From Candidatus Micrarchaeota archaeon (GTDB lineage Archaea > Micrarchaeota > Micrarchaeia > Micrarchaeales > CABMGC01), in contig DAHVMJ010000001.1 of assembly GCA_027319905.1 (NCBI GenBank), positions 117,630 through 181,629 of the forward strand: a stretch of 64,000 nt of DNA, in the 5' to 3' direction. Of this stretch, positions 37,388 to 46,259 are shown one piece after another. The number at the start of each line of letters is the position of its first letter. The stretch's first letter is position 1. The position numbers and the translations under genes were made by a program. The notes beneath the pieces were generated by a model. That model was not told the DNA's origin. It saw only the letters and a program-made list of their open reading frames with translations, and searched no databases.

Positions 37388-38335
37388 TCACGGAGGCGTG
37401 TAGTCAGAAGTCCATTGGCTTGTGTATGTAACTCCACTCGGAACGCCATTATTGTTATTCCCACTGTAGTCGTTTGTGTTGCCGTTGAGAGGCCACCAAC
37501 CCACGAGGTTCTGCAGTTTGAGAGGGGCGCCGCCTATGCCCTCGTCATAGAGGGCGTTCACCTCTGGGTCTGAGAGAGAGGTATTGTATACTTGGAAATT
37601 AGCAACCATGCCATACCCGTAATTTGTCACTGTGCTGCCTTCTCCGCTTGCGCCTATCGCCATTATTGAATATGCAGATATGGCGCCTGTTGAAGCGGAA
37701 CTTGTAGGTACACCATCGACATATAAAGAGAGGGTGCTACCATCGTAAGTAACAACCAGAAAATGCCATCCCACGGTAAGTGCTTTTCCATTGTTAATAT
37801 AAGTGTAAGTTCCACTGAAGTCGCGCTCTATGCTGATGCTACCAATCGGGTTGCCAAACTGGGAATTTCGATCTCCAGTCACAACTTCGAGTCCATATCC
37901 CTCTTGACCAGATCCTCCATTCAGTCTGTCTCCCCAGATGTTGGGTGTAGTCGCAGATGTGGAGTAAAACGGCAGATCATACCACACTGCAAAGCTGATA
38001 GGGTTGGTTCCCATTTCATATTTATTCAGCACCGTGCCTAAGTTTATATAATTAGTCGCTTGGGTTGGGAAATCGAGATTGAAAACCGTCACGTACTGCG
38101 GCAACTCACCGCTGCACACACCCTCAAGGTTAACGTATGTGGCTGTGTTAGGCCCGTTAGGCCTCAGTACCTGACACGCGCCAGGCGGGGCTCTGGGCGC
38201 GAAGGTGCTCGCGTTGAAGACGCCGAGCTGAAAGAGCGCGCCTAGGACCACGGCTATGATGAGTATAGCCCAACCGTAGGTCATCAGGTACTCCATCGCG
38301 CTCTGAGATTTCGCATGCGCGGCGTTTCTCCGCAT
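37388..38335 (-). CDS. Class III signal-peptide (pilin-like) LamG/ConA-domain protein, copy 1
   Basis: KSQSAMEYLMTYGWAILII, WHFLVVTYDGSTLSLYVDG (LamG), GWWPLNG..NDYSGN. Confidence 0.88.
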   Translation of the reverse strand: MRRNAAHAKSQSAMEYLMTYGWAILIIAVVLGALFQLGVFNASTFAPRAPPGACQVLRPNGPNTATYVNLEGVCSGELPQYVTVFNLDFPTQATNYINLGTVLNKYEMGTNPISFAVWYDLPFYSTSATTPNIWGDRLNGGSGQEGYGLEVVTGDRNSQFGNPIGSISIERDFSGTYTYINNGKALTVGWHFLVVTYDGSTLSLYVDGVPTSSASTGAISAYSIMAIGASGEGSTVTNYGYGMVANFQVYNTSLSDPEVNALYDEGIGGAPLKLQNLVGWWPLNGNTNDYSGNNNNGVPSGVTYTSQWTSDYTPP

Positions 38336-38401
38336 GCGTCCAGTACGCAGCTACGAAATAAAAGCTTTAAGGTAAGTATAGACACGAACTGCCGTGATCT
38401 A

Positions 38402-39814
38402 ATGCTACCGTTGCTTCCGATATTGGTGCTACTCCCGTTTCTATTCCTCATACCTGTGCTTGCCCTTCCGGAGCGGCACTCTTTCAGCATTTCTCTTGCA
38501 GCCGCGTTGATAGTGTTTGCAGCCGTGCTCGCCGCCGCTTATGTCGGCCTCTCTGGCGGCTTCGCATCGCTCTCGTTCCAACAGACGTACATACAATCGC
38601 TTGGAATAGCCTTCAGCCTCGCGCTCACCAAGTACAGCAACATCTTCATGGTCATGTCCGCAATCGTGCTCCTCGCGTCCGCGCTTGCAGCCAAGAGCTT
38701 CATCAAGGAGTCGCAGCGCATCTACAACATCCTTTTCCTTCTAACAGCGGGCTCGGTGCTCGGCGTCTTTCTGGCAGGCAGCCTGTTCGTTTTCTACCTA
38801 TTCTGGGAGATCAGCGAGATTTCTATGTTCTTCATAATCTACATCTTCGGCGGCTATGACAGAAGGTATGCCGCGATAAAGTTCCTTGTTTACTCCATAG
38901 TCGCGAGCCTCTTACTGCTGCTCGGGATACTCGTCATCTACTCCGGCCTGCCAACTCAGACGTTCGACATCTCTTCTGTCATCTCGCAGGCGGCATCAAT
39001 GCCGCAGAGCATCCAGCTCCTCGCCTTCCTGCTTCTCGGTGCCGCTTTCATGATAAAGCTTCCAGTTTTCCCATTCCACAGCTGGCTGCCGGATGCGCAT
39101 ACTGAAGCGCCCACCACAGGAAGCATGATACTCGCAGGCATCCTCCTGAAGTTTGGAGGTTATGGGCTGCTCCTCATGTTCCTCATGCTCCCTCTCGCTG
39201 CAAACTATTCACTGCCACTCGCGGTGCTTTTCGGATTTTCCGCCCTGTATAGCGCCATGGTCGCAATGAGGCAGGCGCATCTCAAACGTTTGATTGCCTA
39301 CACAAGCATAGTCGACATGGGAATAGCGTCCCTGGGCATAGCCTCACTCACCTCAGCAGGAATAGCTGGAGGGCTCTATGCGATGCTGAGCCACGGTATA
39401 GTCATCTCTCTCCTCTTTCTCGTAGTCGGGGCTATAGACGAAGCGTACGGCACCATGCTGAGGGCAAAGATAAAGGGCGTCGTGAAAAACCTGCCCTCCC
39501 TAGCCTACGGTTTCTTGTTCGGATCATTTGCGCTGGTAGGCGTACCTCTGACAAGCGGATTCATCGGCGACCTGCTAGTGTTTATTGGAGCGTTCGGCGC
39601 GTACAGCGCCGGAGGCGTCGTGCCTCTGGCAGCAGTGCTGATCATTGGTGCGCTGCTCTTTCTTGTGCTGGAGCGCTCCTTCTTCAACTCCTCAAAAGCA
39701 GTAGAGCCGTACTCCAACCCCAACTCGTGGATAAAACTGAGCATGGCGTTCCTGTCGGTTACAACGGTGCTTCTTGGAATAGCGCCATTTCTGCTGCTCG
39801 CCCCGTTTGCGTAG
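38402..39814 (+). CDS. nuoM: Complex I-like oxidoreductase subunit M
   Basis: FYLFWE, KLPVFPFHSWLPDAHTEAP, LLKFGGYG, KRLIAYTS. Confidence 0.93.
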   Translation: MLPLLPILVLLPFLFLIPVLALPERHSFSISLAAALIVFAAVLAAAYVGLSGGFASLSFQQTYIQSLGIAFSLALTKYSNIFMVMSAIVLLASALAAKSFIKESQRIYNILFLLTAGSVLGVFLAGSLFVFYLFWEISEISMFFIIYIFGGYDRRYAAIKFLVYSIVASLLLLLGILVIYSGLPTQTFDISSVISQAASMPQSIQLLAFLLLGAAFMIKLPVFPFHSWLPDAHTEAPTTGSMILAGILLKFGGYGLLLMFLMLPLAANYSLPLAVLFGFSALYSAMVAMRQAHLKRLIAYTSIVDMGIASLGIASLTSAGIAGGLYAMLSHGIVISLLFLVVGAIDEAYGTMLRAKIKGVVKNLPSLAYGFLFGSFALVGVPLTSGFIGDLLVFIGAFGAYSAGGVVPLAAVLIIGALLFLVLERSFFNSSKAVEPYSNPNSWIKLSMAFLSVTTVLLGIAPFLLLAPFA

Positions 39815-39824
39815 GGGAAATTAG

Positions 39825-40304
39825 CTACAGCAGGCCCGCGTAGTAACCGGTGTGTATGACTTCCTCCAGCACGTTGATCAGGTAGCTGGCGTTCTTTGTT
39901 ATGTCCTCTGTTGTTATCATACCGAGCAGCTTTCTGCTTTCGTCCACGACGCACAGCTTCTTTACCTTCTTCTCCGCCATGAACTTCGCCGCGCTCTCCA
40001 GCGTCATGTCCCTGCTCACCGCGATCAGCGGTTTGCTCATTATGTGCGTAGCTCTCACGAACCAGAGGTTCCTTTTGGTAGATACGAGCCTTCTCACGAT
40101 GTCCCCCTCTGTTATTATTCCAGAAGGCATGCCAAGCCTGTCCGTTATCACAACCGCATCCACATTATGCTTCTTCATGAGTTTTGCGATCTCTTTTATG
40201 CTCGCCTTTTCCTTCGCAGTTACCACAGGATAACTCATTATGTCTCTGACCGTCAGGGACCTCGCCTCGGTCTCTGTCAGAGGTCTGTTGTACTGTTCTT
40301 GCAT
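39825..40304 (-). CDS. CBS-pair domain protein
   Basis: VRDIMS.PV, GIITEGD, GMITTED. Confidence 0.93.
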   Translation of the reverse strand: MQEQYNRPLTETEARSLTVRDIMSYPVVTAKEKASIKEIAKLMKKHNVDAVVITDRLGMPSGIITEGDIVRRLVSTKRNLWFVRATHIMSKPLIAVSRDMTLESAAKFMAEKKVKKLCVVDESRKLLGMITTEDITKNASYLINVLEEVIHTGYYAGLL

Positions 40305-40449
40305 TTGCCCACCTGTATGTTAAGATAAAGTTGAAAGTTTTTAAAGCAGACTTTCTTGCTATTATACTTACATACAGAAGCAAGCCATGTACAATAACTC
40401 TTATTTCTCTGACGTAATGCTTTGCCTACCAAGACCCAAAAAGGGTGAA

Positions 40450-40576
40450 CGCCTTGGCCGGGATTCGAACCCGGGTTTCTTGACCCAGCAGGTTTGTCCT
40501 TCTGGATTCACAAGCGTTCAGCCACGAACCGATCGTGTTGACAGGCTCGTATGCTAGACCACTACACTACCAAGGC
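40450..40576 (-). tRNA. tRNA-Asp(GTC) with two introns: 22 nt at 37/38 (40517-40538) and 32 nt at 45/46 (40477-40508)
   Basis: Removing both BHB-like inserts gives GCCTTGG...CGAGC-CTGTCAC-GCTTG-TGAC-CCGGG-TTCGAAT-CCCGG-CCAAGGC-G. Confidence 0.92.
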
Positions 40577-40578
40577 GC

Positions 40579-40712
40579 GTATATTATTCGAAGGCAAATA
40601 CTTAAAGTGCTGCGGGTTTACTTCATCAACAAACTTCTTGAAGTCTTTAGATATAACAATCCTGTAAATCGGGTTTCTGGCGCCCGTTTTATCAATAGTC
40701 AGATATTCTTTT
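40579..40712 (-). pseudogene. Start-less fragment resembling a LAGLIDADG endonuclease C-terminus
   Basis: Reads KEYLTIDKTGARNPIYRIVISKDFKKFVDEVNPQHFKYL after an in-frame TGA; bracketed by a 10-bp duplicate of the tRNA-Asp 5' end. Confidence 0.35.
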
Positions 40713-40772
40713 CATAACGCCACCAATCACCAAGGCGCAGTAAAAAACGGGAATCGTCTATTAATTAACTTC

Positions 40773-41030
40773 TTATTTGTACTTCAGCTTGAGAGAAACC
40801 ATTATCAATGCCAACAGAAGAGACAGCGAGTTTGCAATAATAAGAGGCATGGAGGACAGAAACAGGCCATACACGAGCCACAGGAAGTTGCCCGCGCCAA
40901 CCATCCCAAGCCAACCCATGGAAATGTCGCGCGTCTCCTTCATCCTCACCGTCTTCGCGACCTCCGGAATCAAAGAAAGAGTCGTGAGCGCGCCCGCAGC
41001 GAAGCCGATTACGTCAATGTAACCTATCAC
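40773..41030 (-). CDS. SemiSWEET / PQ-loop family transporter
   Basis: IGFAAGALTTLSLIPEV.K...ETRDIS, WLVYG, PLIIAN; GTG start at 41030 (the longer ORF overlaps tRNA-Tyr). Confidence 0.9.
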   Translation of the reverse strand: MIGYIDVIGFAAGALTTLSLIPEVAKTVRMKETRDISMGWLGMVGAGNFLWLVYGLFLSSMPLIIANSLSLLLALIMVSLKLKYK

Positions 41031-41045
41031 TCTTCCACTTGTGTG

Positions 41046-41144
41046 TCCCGCAGGCCGGATTTGAACCAGCAACTTCGCGCTTTCTTCTTTCGATAGAAGC
41101 AGCAAAAACTACAGGCGCGCGCTCTGCCGTTGAGCTACTGCGGG
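41046..41144 (-). tRNA. tRNA-Tyr(GTA) with 27-nt canonical 37/38 intron (41082-41108)
   Basis: C1-G72 acceptor CCCGCAG/CTGCGGG-A, anticodon arm CGCGC-CTGTAG^A-GCGCG, T-loop TTCAAAT. Confidence 0.93.
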
Positions 41145-41202
41145 AAACGTAATTATAGCAATTAGCCTATATTAATAATATAGGTTGATGAGAGTTAAGA
41201 TT

Positions 41203-43977
41203 ATGCAGAGGAATGCGGGTCCAAAAAGCGGGAGCAAGACCCAGCAGGGCGATGACCCTCCCTCAAAGAAGGGATCCGCCATGTCAGGCCTCAAACACAT
41301 GCTGATGCCGCTCTCGGTTTACTGGCTCAAGGACTTCCTCAAACAGTTCGCTGCAAGCAAGAACTTCCACGATTCGCTCGCAACGATATTCGCATTCCTG
41401 AGCCTCGGCATAGCCTTCCCATTTTATCCACTGCCCGTATTCATAGCTATCGGCATTCTTGTCTTCGCCCTCACCTACCTGGTGCCTCTCGTGGGGCTGA
41501 TGGCGCTGCTGCTGCTCACGCTGCCCATGATAATATACCAGGCGCCATTGCTCGCGTGGCTTGTCACCTTGCTTATCAGCGCTTCGCTCTTCCTCGGGTA
41601 CAAGCACTACCGCTCCATAGCATATGCGTACGCACTCGCCTCGCTGCCGCTCTCATACATGGGTCTGTTGCTCGAGGTGCCCGGCTTCATACTCGCGGTT
41701 CTCGTGCTTGGGTTCAAAAGGGGGGCGGTAATCGGCGCGCTTACTGTGGTTGTGGTAGTGATAGTTTCAAACTTCGCAAACGTCCCGGTATCCGGTCCCA
41801 TAATCTATAACTCCCTTCAGGGCCACGCACTGATTGCCAGCCTTCCGTTCGCGTCATACGTCACCGTAACGAAACCAGTTCCGTCGCTTGGTAACTTCCT
41901 GGGCGACTTTTCGTCGTCGCTCGGTTCATTCGTGAGCGGAAGTGTGGTCAGCTATCTCTTCGATGCCTTCTACTATACCGGAGTCGCGCTCGCATACAAT
42001 ATACAGTACACGGCGCTCCAGATACTGCTGTGGGTCTTTGTTGCGTTCAGCGTCGCCAACTACGCGATCAAGAGCAGATCCGCATACAAAGGCGCGCTTG
42101 CCAGTCTTTTCGGTGCAGTATTCCCTGTTGCCGCGTTCTTCCTGTCTGCGGCCGAGCACACCAGCTTTAATCTCATAATTGTGGTGAGCTTCCTCATGAC
42201 TCCGGTGCTCATCTTCATACTCGAAGCTGAGGACATAGAGGTGGTACAGGCATTGGACGTTATGAAGCAGGATATACTGGGCAAATTTGGGGTCGCGTTC
42301 CAGGACCTTACCAGCGGCACTTCAGAAACTCTCGATGACGTTGCTAACTATGACGAAACAAAGCAGGAGCTGAAAGAAGCGATACTGGCTCCCATAGAGC
42401 ATAGGGAAATATCCGGCGCGTACAACGTGCGCCCTGCTAAAGGCATACTCCTCTTTGGGCCTCCGGGTACGGGCAAGACGCTTATCATGCGTGCGCTTGC
42501 AAACGAGATAAGATCAGGGTTCTATTACGTAAGCGCGTCTTCGCTGCTTTCTCCGTACGCAGGCGAAGGCTCGCAGGCGCTTACCAAGATATTCGCCACG
42601 GCAAAGAAGCACGCGCCTTGCGTCCTGTTCTTCGATGAAATAGACAGCATAGCAGGGAGGAGGGACAGACAGGAGAGTCCCGGAGGAGCGGAACTGATAA
42701 CAACGCTACTCAGCGAGATGGACGGCTTCAAGACCATCTCAGACGTAGTCATAGTTGGCGCTACCAACGTGCCGCAACTCCTAGATCCTGCAATACTCAG
42801 GCCAGGAAGGTTTGACAAGATACTTTTCATGCCCCTGCCTGACCAGCCTGGAAGGCAGAAGATATTCCAGCACTACCTCTCCAACCTGCCTATAGCCAAG
42901 GATATAGATTACGCGAAGCTGGCCAGCCTGACCAACAGATTCTCCGCCGCAGACATAAAGAACATCTGCGAAGAGGTAAGCAGGGAGGTGGGTGAGAAGG
43001 CAATCACGAAGCGCGAGGTGCTTGCCATAAGAATGGTAGATGTGGTGCGTGTGGTAAAAGGAACAAAGCCATCTACATCGCTCTCGCAGATGGAAGAGTA
43101 CAATACCTTCAAGCTCGACTATGAGCGAAGGGTGCATCCGGAGACCAAGATAGAGGACGAGAAGAGGGTAACGCTTGACGACGTGGTAGGCAACGATGAC
43201 GCGAAGAAGGCACTGCACGAGGCGGTCGAGATACCAATAATGCATCCCGAGCTTCTGAAGAAGTACGACATAGGTAACATAAAGGGCATACTCCTCTTCG
43301 GACCTCCGGGCACAGGCAAGACCATGCTGATGCAGGCGGTGGCGAACGAGATAGGCGATGTGCACGTGCTCTCAATCTCTGGCTACGATATAGCCAAGTA
43401 TGGCCCGAGCCAGGCAACAGCCGCAGTTAAGGAGATCTTTGATCGCGCCAAGGAGAACGCGCCAGCGATAGTCTTTGTTGATGAGATTGATGCCATAGTG
43501 CCTTCGCGCGACACGGCGCACCAGACAGGACTGCAGCTCGCTGGAGAGTTCCTGGAAGAGTTCGACAAGATAAAAGAAACCACGGGCGTGGTGGTAGTTG
43601 CCGCTACAAACAGGCCTGATGTCCTTGACCCAGCGATACTTAGGTCTGGGAGGTTTGACAGGCTGATATTCATGCCTCCGCCTGACGCGGAAGCAAGGGC
43701 GAGGATATTCGAGTTGAACCTTCAAAAGGCACCCCTTGACGAAGATGTCGATTTCTCCAAGCTTGCGGAAGTCACAGAGGGCTACACCGGAGCGGACATA
43801 GCCAACATCTGCAGGCAGGTGAAGCTGAACACGCTCGAGGCCAGCCTCACCTCAGGCAACGAGCTGAAGATAAAGCTGGCCGACATAACGTCGCTCATAC
43901 AGAAGGCAAGGCCTTCGGCTCCTGCCCTTGTTTTAGGTAGGTACCTGGCGTTCTTCAGCAAATACGGCAAGCGATAA
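41203..43977 (+). CDS. Membrane-integral double AAA+ ATPase (Cdc48-like D1/D2, multi-TM N-terminus)
   Basis: About 350-aa hydrophobic N-terminus; two GPPGTGKT / DEID / DPAILRxGRFD modules; start uncertain. Confidence 0.9.
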   Translation: MQRNAGPKSGSKTQQGDDPPSKKGSAMSGLKHMLMPLSVYWLKDFLKQFAASKNFHDSLATIFAFLSLGIAFPFYPLPVFIAIGILVFALTYLVPLVGLMALLLLTLPMIIYQAPLLAWLVTLLISASLFLGYKHYRSIAYAYALASLPLSYMGLLLEVPGFILAVLVLGFKRGAVIGALTVVVVVIVSNFANVPVSGPIIYNSLQGHALIASLPFASYVTVTKPVPSLGNFLGDFSSSLGSFVSGSVVSYLFDAFYYTGVALAYNIQYTALQILLWVFVAFSVANYAIKSRSAYKGALASLFGAVFPVAAFFLSAAEHTSFNLIIVVSFLMTPVLIFILEAEDIEVVQALDVMKQDILGKFGVAFQDLTSGTSETLDDVANYDETKQELKEAILAPIEHREISGAYNVRPAKGILLFGPPGTGKTLIMRALANEIRSGFYYVSASSLLSPYAGEGSQALTKIFATAKKHAPCVLFFDEIDSIAGRRDRQESPGGAELITTLLSEMDGFKTISDVVIVGATNVPQLLDPAILRPGRFDKILFMPLPDQPGRQKIFQHYLSNLPIAKDIDYAKLASLTNRFSAADIKNICEEVSREVGEKAITKREVLAIRMVDVVRVVKGTKPSTSLSQMEEYNTFKLDYERRVHPETKIEDEKRVTLDDVVGNDDAKKALHEAVEIPIMHPELLKKYDIGNIKGILLFGPPGTGKTMLMQAVANEIGDVHVLSISGYDIAKYGPSQATAAVKEIFDRAKENAPAIVFVDEIDAIVPSRDTAHQTGLQLAGEFLEEFDKIKETTGVVVVAATNRPDVLDPAILRSGRFDRLIFMPPPDAEARARIFELNLQKAPLDEDVDFSKLAEVTEGYTGADIANICRQVKLNTLEASLTSGNELKIKLADITSLIQKARPSAPALVLGRYLAFFSKYGKR

Positions 43978-43993
43978 CCGCGTCTTGTGTAGA

Positions 43994-44872
43994 TTACGGA
44001 GGTGTATACCCACCTGACCACTGGTTCGTGTACGTGACTCCACTCGGCGCGCCGTTGTTGTTGTTCCCGCTGTAGTCGTTGGCGTTGCCGTTGAGAGGCC
44101 ACCAGCCCACGAGGCTCTGCAGGTTTATAGGAGATCCCCCAATTCCCTCATCATAGAGATACTGGATTTCATTCGCTGATAGAGAGGTGTTGTAGATTTG
44201 AAGGTTGCTTACACCTCCAGCGAAAGCCCCACCTGTTATGTAAGGCCCCACAGGGTATGCGATATTGAACTTATTGCCCAGTGAAGTACAGTAATAATTG
44301 CCATTCGGATTTGCAGCGTTTACGTACACGCTACCAGACGAACCTGTATCAACGAAGGTTAACATTGACCACGTGTTCAGAGGAGTCGAGGCGCTGGCTC
44401 CGATGCTACCGGGGCACGGGCCATTTATATAAACCGTCTGGCTTGATTGATAAAGAAACTGGACAGTGTAAGTGTTAGGGTTATCGTTATTTCCTATAGA
44501 TGTTATCATATTCCCCGCCCATCCAGTGCCTGCCCCTAGGCTAGTAGGGTCGAACCAGAATGAGACTGTGAAAGCACCCTGAGAACCGGGCTGCGAACCC
44601 GAGATAAAAACGCTGTTGGCACCACTGAAAATACTTGCATACTGCGGAAGTTCCCCGCTGCAAACACCCTCCAGATTTATCAGCGATGATGTCATCGGGC
44701 CATTTGGCCTGAAGACCTGGCAAGCTCCTGGCGGAGCACGTGGTGCAAACGTACCTGCATTGAACACTCCTAGTTGAAAGAGCGCTCCCAGGACCACGGC
44801 TATTATGAGAATGGCCCAGCCGTAGGTCATCAGGTATTCCATTGCGCTCTGCGCACGGATATGGTATATCAC
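43994..44872 (-). CDS. Class III signal-peptide (pilin-like) LamG/ConA-domain protein, copy 2
   Basis: RAQSAMEYLMTYGWAILII..., FTVSFWF, GWWPLNGNANDYSGN; GTG start about 10 nt after the nuoN stop. Confidence 0.88.
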   Translation of the reverse strand: MIYHIRAQSAMEYLMTYGWAILIIAVVLGALFQLGVFNAGTFAPRAPPGACQVFRPNGPMTSSLINLEGVCSGELPQYASIFSGANSVFISGSQPGSQGAFTVSFWFDPTSLGAGTGWAGNMITSIGNNDNPNTYTVQFLYQSSQTVYINGPCPGSIGASASTPLNTWSMLTFVDTGSSGSVYVNAANPNGNYYCTSLGNKFNIAYPVGPYITGGAFAGGVSNLQIYNTSLSANEIQYLYDEGIGGSPINLQSLVGWWPLNGNANDYSGNNNNGAPSGVTYTNQWSGGYTPP

Positions 44873-44882
44873 GGACTCACAT

Positions 44883-46259
44883 CTACACTGCTGTGGCTCC
44901 AGAAAATAGGTGTCCGGCAGCTGCATTCGCCAGTTGGATTACGGGCTGGGGATAAACGCCTATGAGTATCGTTATAGCAAGACATACGATCACAACAGCA
45001 AGAGTAGAGCTATCTAGTCTAAGGCGATAGGAGCCCAACTTGTTGGTGTACATTGCGGTAATTGCCTTTGCGTAATAGAAAATGGAGATGATGCTGTTTA
45101 CTATTCCAAGAAGCGCGAGCCACACAAGGTTGTTGTTGACCGCGCTCAGGAATATGAGGAACTTGCCCACGAATCCTGTGGTGAACGGCAGCCCCACGAA
45201 TGACAGAAGGAATATGGTTAGTGCGATTGCGGCAAACCTGTTCTCTCTGTACAGCCCTATCAGACCGTTTATATCGTCCCTATCCTTGCTCTCGAGCCAG
45301 GCGACTATCGCCATGGCGCCTATGAACAGGAACGCGTGGGCAAATATTTGGAAGATGCTCGCACCAAGCCCGCTGCCGTTAGCCACGGCTATGCCTATCA
45401 GTATATAGCCGGCCTGGGAGATGGAGGAATACGCAAGCATCCTCTTGAAGTTGTTCTGCGCCAGCGCAACAAGATTGCCGTAGAACATGGTGAGCACGGC
45501 CAGCCAGGCCACAATCACAAAGGCGAGTTTGAAAGCGATGAATATTAGAATAAGCACCTGCATCAGCGCGACCAGGCCCACTTTCTTGTTAAGCCCTCCG
45601 AGCATTGCCGTAGCGTAGCCTGAAGACCCCTGGTAGACATCTGGAAGCAGAACGTTGAACGGGAACACCGAAGCCTCAAAACCAAGCGAGGCTATGAAGA
45701 GCGCCAGGGCAAAGTACATGACCCCGTTCTGCTGTGCTGCCTGCAACGAGAATGTGTTCGAAGATCCATATACGAGTATCATTGCGAAGGAGAGGAAGGC
45801 GATGGCTACCGAAGCCATGATAAAAAGCTTTGTTGCCGCTTCGAGGCTCTCCCTCCTTGACAGCAACACTATGAACGCGGTGGGCACGCTCATGAGTTCA
45901 AGCCCGAGAAATATGGTTATCAGCGAGGTAGACGCGGCAACGAGGTACATCCCCACAAGCCCGAAAGAGGTGAGCATGGCGAAGTTGCTGTATCCATTTG
46001 ACCGCGCGTGCGCAAGCAGGTTTAGCAGCAATGTTGCTGCGGTGAAAAGGAAGAAGAAGAAAACGGAAAACTGGTTTATTGATATGGCGTTGAAGTACAC
46101 GCCTGCCAGTCCGCTCAGCATGTACGTCGAAAGCATGAGCGCCGCCAGTACAACGATGTTAAACCACAGCTGCAGTCGCTTCGTGCCCCGCATCCTGAGC
46201 AGGGCGTTGCCTATGACGAGTAGCGCGGCGAGGCCACCAAAGAGATACACGTTCAACAT
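44883..46259 (-). CDS. nuoN: Complex I-like oxidoreductase subunit N
   Basis: FLGLELMS, LEAATK, LPDVYQG, KRMLAYSSISQAGY, GFVGKF. Confidence 0.93.
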   Translation of the reverse strand: MLNVYLFGGLAALLVIGNALLRMRGTKRLQLWFNIVVLAALMLSTYMLSGLAGVYFNAISINQFSVFFFFLFTAATLLLNLLAHARSNGYSNFAMLTSFGLVGMYLVAASTSLITIFLGLELMSVPTAFIVLLSRRESLEAATKLFIMASVAIAFLSFAMILVYGSSNTFSLQAAQQNGVMYFALALFIASLGFEASVFPFNVLLPDVYQGSSGYATAMLGGLNKKVGLVALMQVLILIFIAFKLAFVIVAWLAVLTMFYGNLVALAQNNFKRMLAYSSISQAGYILIGIAVANGSGLGASIFQIFAHAFLFIGAMAIVAWLESKDRDDINGLIGLYRENRFAAIALTIFLLSFVGLPFTTGFVGKFLIFLSAVNNNLVWLALLGIVNSIISIFYYAKAITAMYTNKLGSYRLRLDSSTLAVVIVCLAITILIGVYPQPVIQLANAAAGHLFSGATAV

